In this document: piece by piece, positions 54,496 to 64,000 of the stretch
How the letters are laid out: every line of letters begins with the position of its first letter
How positions within the stretch are numbered: position 1 is the first letter of the stretch
Origin: Octopus sinensis
Lineage: Eukaryota
NCBI RefSeq assembly: GCF_006345805.1
Contig: NC_043003.1
Location: forward strand, 33,046,001-33,110,000
Direction of reading: 5' to 3'
DNA: 64,000 bases
Translations under genes and position numbers: made by a program
Notes under the pieces: model-generated
What the model was told of the DNA's origin: nothing
Databases searched by the model: none
Seen by the model: only the letters and a program-made list of their open reading frames with translations

Positions 54496-55823
54496 AAGGA
54501 GAATAAGGAAATAAAAAATAGCAAATATAACGAACTTGAAATGTTAAAAAGTAACTGAAAAAAATGAAAGGAAAATATAAAGGAAGGAAGCAAAGAAGAA
54601 AGCGGGAGAAAAGACCCTACATGTTAGAAAAAAAATGGCAAACAAAAAATATAGATAAAAAAAATAAAAACGGCGAAACAAAGCAAAAAGAAGTGAGAAA
54701 ATACGTGAAAGTATGGGGATATCTTTGTGTGTGAAGTGTAAGGAAAAGAATGGGTTAGGATAAAAAGAAAAACAAAAAACAAAAACAAAAACAAAAGTAA
54801 ATACAACAAAAACTGTGAAACTTATGAATGATGAGAATTAGTTCGAAAAGACAAAACAATACAAACTACATCAGAACAACAGCAAATAATGTTATAGTAG
54901 GAGAAAATATCTTAAAAATATGTTTTTTTTTTCTTATTTCACTAGAGATTGTAATCTCTGGAATTGTTACCACTAGAGATTAGAAGTAATATCGTACAGT
55001 ACTGAGTTACGCCCCTTTAACATTCTGAGTTCAAATCTGTTATTTGAAGACGTTCAGAGAGATATGACTGCTATTAGTTCCAACCCACTCGTGGTCTTTT
55101 TGAAATTTACTACCCCTCAACAATTAGAATATAATTGTTCTGATCAAAAATGTTATAATTTTAAATTACAATTTCTTGGGTTATTTACGACAAATAAGCG
55201 AGTCCTAGTGATTAGGGTATCGTACTATGATAACAAGATCGTACTTTCAATTTCCAGACTAGCAGTGAGTTGTGTTCTTAAGCAAAACACTTAATTTCTC
55301 CTTGATCCAGTTCACAGCGGTAAAGGGATAATTCTGCGTTCAAGGGGAGTGTTGACTTGTGAAGTGGCATCATTTGAATGCTTCAGTAATACGAGGAAGA
55401 GTATCTTGACCAGCGGTGTATAATCACTTCCTATAGTCTTTTCGATACAGTGATTTATAACAAATGTAGTACTATCGATTTACTATTGTTTTCTTGAAGC
55501 AGATACCCTAATTGATAGCTTTTTTTTCCTTGTCAATTCAATTGATATTCAGTTTCTCACAATGTAGAGTACCTTTATTACTGACGAGTAAGCTAGGAAG
55601 CCCGACGTAGTCGATGGACATACTAGCCACAACACCCATATTTACCTCAAAATCTCATCCGTCACCTTATATAATGATGGCAAGACACTTTGAATTGGTT
55701 AAAAAGCCTAGTGTGGAAGCAAGATATGTTTTGTTCATAAGATTTTTCAGAGCAGACCCCAAAGAGACAACTTACTGAAAGAACAGAAGAATTTTGGCGA
55801 ACTGAGTAACTCAGACACAGAAA

Positions 55824-55824
<1 letters not shown>

Positions 55825-55858
<34 letters not shown>

Positions 55859-55903
55859 CTGTGTCTGTGTGTGCCTGAAAATCGACTGATAGATAGATAG
55901 ATA

Positions 55904-55981
<78 letters not shown>

Positions 55982-56176
55982 CAGCAATGTAATTACACAC
56001 ACACACAGATACACGTGCTGCTGCTGATTCTTTTTCTTTCTTCGAATTCTTCCCTTTTCCCTTTATTCTTTTCGACGAAGAACTCTCTTTTTATTGAACG
56101 TCTGACTAATACATTCCATGTACATGTCCTCTTGTTTGTTATTTCTATTTTTAATGTTTGTTTATTCCATTTGACA

Positions 56177-56208
<32 letters not shown>

Positions 56209-57058
56209 TTATATATACACAGGTGGAGTTGGCTAGATTAATGAATGCCATGGATTGTAACTTAATGTTCTATGTGTTGTTATTAGGGCAAAAAAAGCGA
56301 GTATGTTGAAAAGCGGTCAGAAAGCTGTGAAAAGTTTCGTTAGGAGACTTATTTGAAATTGTAAATATATAGTAAGTGATGTATTATGACACTGTGAATC
56401 CAAGTTGAAGCAATGAAATCATGAAAGGAGCCGATTTAGATATTTTAGGTCTCACCAATTTGTCTAAGTTTATCTGACGAGCCATCAACATTATCTTCAC
56501 CGTTACGATCCGGTCATTAATATAATTCTACTGTATCTTTAGAAGTTGAGATACTAACGACGCTTTATAAATCTCAGGAGGATCGTCAATTTTTCTGTTG
56601 TATTACTTTACAAAATGTTAACCCTTTGACGTTGCTTGACCCTATGGCATGGGATACGTCTAATTTCAGTTAAATTCCTTTGTAGTCTTACTCTTCAACG
56701 TAGTGTACGTTTATTTATATATTTCATTATCTATAACCCTTCAATTTTTTTATATCTCATTGGGGACTTCTTTCAAACATATGGAGGCGTCGGAATTATT
56801 TGCTGTTGACAGATGTCTAATAAAATCAGATTTTTGTTAACTAGGGTATTTAACCCACGCAGTATAAAAAGCAAGAACCAAATCATGATAATTGAAAATA
56901 CAACGTAATAGCTAAAATCCAAGCACACGGGTAAAACATCCACAGAGCTATTGTGTTATATTTTACAGTTTTCCACTAACATTTATTCTTTCTTATATAT
57001 ATATGTACAGACGGAGAATGAACATACTACCATCATGTTCTTAATGATGAAATTAACT

Positions 57059-57117
<59 letters not shown>

Positions 57118-57150
57118 GTATATATATATAGATATATATATATATGTATG

Positions 57151-57224
<74 letters not shown>

Positions 57225-57264
57225 CATATATATATGTATATATATACAGGTTTGTATGTATCCG

Positions 57265-57325
<61 letters not shown>
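55825..57325. repeat. Microsatellites: (TA)n and (GATA)n at about 55825-55980; (CT)/(TA)n at about 57058-57325
   Basis: Directly visible; the intervening sequence is unique and unassigned. Confidence 0.85.
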
Positions 57326-57327
<2 letters not shown>

Positions 57328-57805
57328 AAAAAAATAAAAAATGTAAAGAAAATAATATATATATGCATTTTGGTTGAGTCAGTTTCTTAGACGGCAAGAA
57401 ATATTCTCCAAACAGTGTGCAATTAGGTGTTTCTCTATCATTTTAAGTAAATAATATCTGTACACACTGAGTGCTCTGTCGGCTGACAAAGAGAAAGGAA
57501 CTGATTCGACCAAAATAAAATATATTTAGCTCTTCCATGCTATAAAGCTTTCCTTTTCTGATAGTTTTCATTTAATGGATATAAGACTCCAGGCGTTGCC
57601 AGCTGATAGAGGACTTCACGTGTACAGAGACTATTTGATCAAAACGATGGAGAAACACCTAACTGTTTACTCTTTCAAGAACATCGTTGTTCTGTTCAGA
57701 CACCTCTTTATGAATCAAGACAGTGATTCGACAAAGTTAACAAAGTTAATATATGTATATATACATATGTGTATGCATGTATGTATTTATGTATTATGCA
57801 TGTAT

Positions 57806-57839
<34 letters not shown>

Positions 57840-58519
57840 TTTCGCAGAGAAGATGGGGAAAAGAGAGGGTGAGAAATGGATGATAGAAAAACGAACACAA
57901 TAAAGAGACAGAAAGAGAATAACACTGTGTAACGAAATCCGTACATATTTTTTTTACTTTGGTTAGTAAGTGTTATTTCCTATTTGCTTCTATCCAGAAA
58001 TCAATGGATATGACTATTATTCACTTCAAACGTTGTGACCGGGACATAAATATCTTAAAATTATTTTCCATTACATTTCAGACAATTTTAGCGCTTAGTT
58101 ACTGAAGCAGAAATATCGTTATAGCAAATATTCTACTCAGCACCACAGATCTTCTTATCAGTCGTTTGACCTCAACCACTTGAGCATGTTCCATAATGCC
58201 CAACAATATGTGCATCTCTAATAGTGAGTGGGGGATCACCATATCCATGTGTCAAAAGGGATTCTTTGAGGTTTGAATAAATGTAGCAAAAGCAAAGTCT
58301 GGAGGAAATATTAGCCATTTTCCGTAGTTTCCAAGGGTAAGCAAGTAGGAAATAACACATGTTACCCAAGGACAAAAATGGTGTCATGTTGAGTAATCAC
58401 TACAGAGGTGGTGCTTTATTTATCGACATTGTGAAATGCAAGCTGAGCTCAGCATTATCTAATAATAAAGCGTAAAGAGTCGCAACGAATAACTTAAGGC
58501 AATATATCAGATACTCTAA

Positions 58520-59105
58520 GGCGATGAGTTGGCAGAATAGTTAGCACGCCGGGCGAAATACTTAGTGGTATTTCGTTTACTGTTACGTTCTGAGTTCAAA
58601 TTCCGCCTTGGTCGATTTGCCTGTCATCCTTTCGGGGTCGATTAAATAAGTACCAGTTACGGACTGGGGTCGATATAATCAACTTAATCCGTTTGTCTGT
58701 CCTTGTTTGTCCCCTCTGTGTTTAGCCCCCTGTGGGTAGTAAAGAAATAGGTATTTCGTCTGACGTTACGTTCTGAGTTCAAATTTCGCCTAGGTCTACT
58801 TTGCCTTTCATCCTTTCGGGGTCGATAAATTAAGTACCAGTTACGCACTGAGGTCGATGTAATCGACTTAATCACTTTGTCTGACCTTGTTTGTCCCCTC
58901 TATGTTTAGCTCCTTGTGGACAATAAAGAAACAAGAACCGCTAGCACGCCGAACGAAATGATCCGCGCCAATTCGGCCGAGGTTGACAGCTTTCACCCTT
59001 TCGCGGTCGATAAAATAAGTAGCAGCTAAGGCAGTAATGTCGAAGCAGTCGACTTACCACCTTCCTCGAAATTGCTTGCTTTGTGGCAAAGTTTGAAACC
59101 AATAT
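58520..59105 (+). mobile_element. Trimeric SINE family A array (full unit, headless unit, older decayed third unit)
   Basis: Three successive cores: TCATCCTTTCGGGGTCGAT (58625, 58809) and TCACCCTTTCGCGGTCGAT (58993); head GGCGATGAGTTGGCAGAATAGTTAGCACGCCGGGCGAAA. Confidence 0.85.
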
Positions 59106-59165
59106 AGTTGATGCTCTAACGATTTTCTCTGACGACATACATACATACATACATACATACATACA

Positions 59166-59197
<32 letters not shown>

Positions 59198-60399
59198 CAT
59201 ACATACATACATACATATACATACATAGTGTATATATCATATATCTGAATTAGAAGTACAATCTAAATCACTAAAATTAAAGTCTGTTTCATAGAGTGAC
59301 CAATGGTTTCGCATCCATGAAAGCCACAAACTTGTGGACAGCTCATGAGACTCTATACAAAGACAAGCTTAACTCTTCACCTAGCAGATAAAAGACCGTT
59401 AGTGAAGACGGGTTGTGTGCCCCGGACCATCGATTAACTGGAAGTGTGGATCTATTTCGTAAGGTCTCTTACGAGCCTAATCATTGAACGGAGAATCCCA
59501 ATTTTGCAGGAGGTAGCGCTTGAAATAGACACATTGTGTACATATTTCAGCGAGTCAGGGTTTGGTCAACTGACCATAGCATTTCTCTGCCTCTGCGAGT
59601 TGATGAATTAATTTCTTATTGTATAGAGTCTAATGAACTGTCCACAAGGCTGCAGCTTTAGTGGATGCCAAACCATTGGTCACTCTATCACCAAACTTTA
59701 ATTTTAGAGATTTAATACATATATACACACACTTCTATGTATATACTTATATACATACATGCATATATTACACACGCACACGAAAGTAAAACGATTCCTT
59801 CAAAGGGGTGTAAAACATCCAATTCACTGGTACGGCAGTACCACAGGAGTAGGGGCATAAATACAAATTGCAAATAATATATTAAATCGAGAAATACTAA
59901 TAATTTATTATAATATAATATAAAATAATATAATGTAATATAATATAATATAAAATAATATAATATATTATCTTATATTATCATATAATATAAGATAATA
60001 TAGCCAATTTAAAAAAAAGAGAAGCAAATAATAACGCCAACAATTTGATTCGACTTCTATATATCATTTGAGATACAAGCAATTCATATCTATGTATGCG
60101 AGTCTCTTCAAGGCCTTGGTTCAAAAGACTGACGAAATTCCATGTAAAAGGATTGCATAATACTGATTCAAAATACCTATGTTTAGGCGAGTGAGCGTTA
60201 ACAGTTCAAAACATATGTACAACAAAAAAAACAACGAAATTCGAATGGATAAATGAAGTACAGAAAATTTATAACGGTCGATTACTGCTTTTATATATCT
60301 CCAATGTATGTAAATCGAAAGTAATCACTGGCCATTTTAATGATATAATAATAATAATAATATAATAATAATAATATAATAATAATAATAATGATAATA

Positions 60400-60672
60400 A
60401 AGAGAAAATACAAAAAAGAATACAAAGACCTGGAAATAGAGGTAACTCGAATGTGGAGTCTAAAAACAAAAACGATTCCTATTATCATAGGCACATTAGG
60501 TATGATAAAAAATATTCAGATAAATACATAACAATATCACCAAGACTAACAAATATATATAACATACAGAAAATAGCACTACTAGGCACTGCACACATCC
60601 TACGTAATACACTTTCAATACAGTAAAAATAAGAGCATCACAACAAACCACAGCATATACCCAAGGCACACA
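60400..60672 (+). mobile_element. Very short 5'-truncated 3' end of a third R4/Dong-type family, directly after (TAA)n
   Basis: KEYKDLEIEVTRMWSLKTKTIPIIIGTLGMIK / YSDKYITISPRLTNIYNIQKIALLGTAHILRNTLSIQ* (one frameshift; stop 60624-60626). Confidence 0.85.
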
Positions 60673-60936
60673 AAAACAACAAAAAATGGAAGGTACAGTT
60701 CGGTACAGGTTGATGGAAGAAAAGCAGGACAAAAACGATGCATGCAAATGGAGGTAAATCTAGATGGAAAAGCATGATTAATTTATGAGCACGTACCTTG
60801 GACAATAATAATTTTATCCGATAAAACATGTAGGAAATCAACTTGAGGTGATTTTGATGAAAAGCAACAACCGAAGGAACTTAGTAACTAATTTTAAGCT
60901 AACTTACTTTACGGGATGTTCAAGGGCATGGAAAAG

Positions 60937-61147
60937 CTAGTGGCAACAGTTGTTGTACTTGCGCGTACAAATGCACGTTCACAAGGCTTTATCGATCGCA
61001 TTCTCAACTGGACTCGATTTTTGTAATTTTTTCAAGACTTATACACGCCCTGATACGGTCGGTATCTACATATCAAATTTGAGCGCAATCGGATGGAGGA
61101 TGCCCGAACACACACACACACAGACAGAACGGATTTTATATAATAGA
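60937..61147 (-). mobile_element. Miniature non-autonomous Helitron-like element (211 bp)
   Basis: Minus strand begins A|TCTATTATATAAAA and ends with hairpin TTGTAC-GCGCAA-GTACAA, a 12-nt spacer and CTAG; the flank after CTAG is C, not the canonical T; partial homologue at 27715-27870. Confidence 0.65.
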
Positions 61148-61451
61148 TTAATAGCAAGAGAAGTATAATACCAAAAGGTAATATTTATCTCCTACCGAAG
61201 TAGGTGTTGTGTTAGAAGACAGTATGCTGCATTATTTACCTTTGGAGGACGTCTCATATGGAGTCGTCGGGCTAGAAAACACTCGTGTTTATATAGCTGA
61301 CGGGTAATAACCATCCGCTACGGCAACCAGATCACGTGACTTCGCCCTCCCTCGGCTTGTCAATGACAAACTCCAGTGAAGACATGGCAGCTGATTGCTC
61401 CCGTTAATGATGTATAGAATATTAATGTCTACTCAGGCATTGGTGTCACAA

Positions 61452-61470
61452 ATAGCCCATGTATATTTTC

Positions 61471-61553
<83 letters not shown>
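61452..61553. repeat. (TCTA)n microsatellite
   Basis: Directly visible. Confidence 0.95.
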
Positions 61554-61556
<3 letters not shown>

Positions 61557-61958
61557 AAACTCTTGTATATATAACCCACTCCTGTCAAATTATCTTTTCA
61601 TTCGTTTTTTCGAAGGTTCATAGGTCGACGAATAAAATACGAGTCTTTATGCAACTGATTCTTTTCTTTAATTCTTTCTTTCATTCTGTGTCTCTGCAAT
61701 TTTCTCTTCTGAAAACAATCGACTATTGGTCACAATTCTTTTGATCAGTCAATCAGCTGGTTCGTAAGATCGCTTTTTATCAGAGTCTCCAACTTTATTG
61801 ACGATGTGTTGTCATCTGTCAGTTCAGTAATAATTCTAGCTTAGATAACTTGTATGCATTCCTGAGTGTGTTTGTCGTTTTATATTTGACTTTGTTGTAT
61901 ATTTAGTATTTCATGGTCAGTGTCTTTGTGAGTAGCTTTCTTCTCTGTGTGTGCTTGA

Positions 61959-62011
<53 letters not shown>

Positions 62012-62119
62012 CGTGTGTGTGTGAGTGCTAGCGCGCGCCTGTATGTATTTACGTGTACCAGTGTTTGGTGTTTAGCTGCTTGGTAATTTTGTACAAACTC
62101 ACAGATCTACATGCTTGCA

Positions 62120-62530
62120 CAACCTTCGTAAAGACTAAACGTGCTTATACTGTCTCCTTCATAAGCTCGTCTTCCGAGCGTTCATAATAATTTTGCTATC
62201 GTCTTGACTTAACAGCCCTCAACGTTTGTTTTTACTGTCTTGTTCTCACTGTCTTGTTTTTGTTACCACTTTCACCCTCCGCAAAAAATCCCCAATTTTA
62301 CTTAATTTGCTTTGTGGGAATGACTGTTTCAACGAAGTCGCGTCTTGTCCTTGCCTTCAGAATGCGGAGTAGTTGAAACAGGGACAACTGAAGAAGGGGA
62401 ATATTCTTTATGTTGTATGTTTCGTTTCTCTGTTGTTTTTTTTCGTTGTTCGAAAAAAGTTCCTTTCTATTTTTTTTCTCATGTTTTCGTTTCTCATTGT
62501 ATTCAAAGTTTTTTGCTTCCTGTATCCATA
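62120..62530 (+). repeat. Second copy of the 11930-12360 repeat
   Basis: Collinear match as described; also followed by TA-rich repeat. Confidence 0.75.
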
Positions 62531-62819
62531 TATGCTTCTATATATACATATAAATGTAGGTATGTACATATATGTATGTATATATGCATATATTTATATA
62601 TATATATACACACACATATCAACATATAAACACACATATGTATGCAAGCACTTACATATGCACATATATGATGGTTGTGGCTTATATAAGTCTTGAACCT
62701 GAGAGGAGGATTTTGATGTATGGTTTGCTGATACTTCATTCATAACTTCTATGAAGACCATTGTTCGTGTCTGCTGCACATATTTTCTCCTCCAATAATC
62801 ATAATGTGTGTGTCTGTGT

Positions 62820-62877
<58 letters not shown>

Positions 62878-62895
62878 TGCGTGTGTGTGTGTGTC

Positions 62896-62926
<31 letters not shown>

Positions 62927-63229
62927 TGTGTGATGTACGTACGTTGACATAATTTTACTTCAATGTCACTAAGCTTCTTGGCGGTAGAGTACCAATGTCG
63001 ATATTTCTTTTTCTTTATATTCACCACTGAACATCTCGGTTCTACCTGCTTTGTTGCTGCTCATTTCCTTTATATAAGCTGTAGCGGGTTTAAGGACATC
63101 TCTGATGTGAACAGTTTATCCTCTAGTTCAGTTCTTTTACTCTGAAATTGTTATTGGCATATCTGCGTTTTTGAACGTCTATGCTTTATTCATCCCTTAT
63201 CTAATGGGCTTGCTTGGTGACTCTTTTTA

Positions 63230-63446
63230 CTCTTTTACTTCTTTCAATCATTTGTCTGCGGCCGTGTTAGAGCACCGCTTTTAGTCGAGCAATCGACCCC
63301 AAGACTTATTCATTGTAAGCCTAGTACTTATTGTAAGCCTAGTACTTATTCTTTTGCCGAACCGCTATTTTACTGGGACGTAAATACACCTGCATCGGTT
63401 GTCAAGCGATGTTGGGGGGACAAACACAGACACACAAACACACACA

Positions 63447-63495
<49 letters not shown>

Positions 63496-63650
63496 CCAGG
63501 GGCTTCTTTCAGTTTCCGTCTACCAAATCCACCCACGAGGCTTTGGTCGGCCCGAGGCGAAAGTAGAAGACACTTGCCCAAGGTGCCACGCAGTGGGACT
63601 GAACCCGGAACCATGTGGCTGGTAAGCAAGCTATTTACCACACAGCCAGT
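63230..63650 (-). mobile_element. SINE family B, near full-length
   Basis: Minus strand GTGGTAAATAGCTTGCTTACCAGCCACATGGTTCCGGGTTCAGTCCCACTGCGTGGCACCTTGGGCAAGTGTCTTC; internal (TA)/(CA); tail as at 40615. Confidence 0.85.
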
Positions 63651-63759
63651 TAAATTTCTGCAGTAGTTTACTACCCATATTTTCTAATATCACACCCAGC
63701 ATATATCACAGTTAATATTTCCGTCGACTTGTGCATCCAGCGTTAAGATTTTTATAATC

Positions 63760-64000
63760 TTTCTTTTATCTTTTACTTGTTTTAATCAGCAGATTGCGGC
63801 CCAGCTGGAGCAGCGCTTTGAAGAATTCTTAGTCGAATGAGTCGACCCCCAGTATTTATAATTTTCTAAGCCTGGCTGGTATTATTCTATCGGCCTCTTT
63901 TGCCAAACCTTTAGGTTACCTGGAAGTAAACGTACCAACACGGGTTGCCAAGCAGTGGTGGGGAGGACACCACATGCACACATACATACACAAACACACA
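63760..64000 (-). mobile_element. 3' tail of another SINE family B copy, cut by the window end
   Basis: CTTTTACTTGTTT..TGCGGCC.AGCTGGAGCA.CGC..GTCGACCCCAG..AAGCCTGG..TTCTATCGG..TTTTGCC, same order as 40620-40800. Confidence 0.7.

Overview
AT-rich, microsatellite-dense eukaryotic DNA with no host protein-coding exon, rRNA, bona fide tRNA gene or CRISPR array that I can support. Nearly all ORFs in the track are translations of simple repeats ((TA)n, (CA)n, (TACA)n, (GATA)n, (AAT)n, (GAA)n). The repeat repertoire looks like an octopod cephalopod (Octopus-type) intergenic or intronic region; this is an inference from recognising the repeats, not a database result. Contents: at least three tRNA-derived SINE families, including dimeric and trimeric copies. 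Decayed non-LTR retrotransposons (three R4/Dong-type REL-endonuclease 3' ends, one probable R4-type N-terminus, one RTE 3' end, one L1/Tx1 endonuclease+RT relic). DNA transposon relics (Tc1, a mariner MITE, pogo/Tigger, mini-Helitrons, foldback MITEs). Several Penelope-like terminal-repeat fragments with hairpins and inverted duplications. Microsatellite-bounded tandem duplications of 0.1-1.4 kb. Most interesting: (1) a SINE-like element at about 52283-52727 (-) that joins a tRNA-like Pol III head, an (AAT)n spacer and a minimal type-I hammerhead ribozyme with an intact core, plus several other hammerhead motifs in unrelated repeats; (2) a stack of same-orientation retroelement 3' ends that each end in (TACA)n, suggesting (TACA)n-targeted integration by an R4-type element. 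Unless stated otherwise, boundaries are by-eye estimates.
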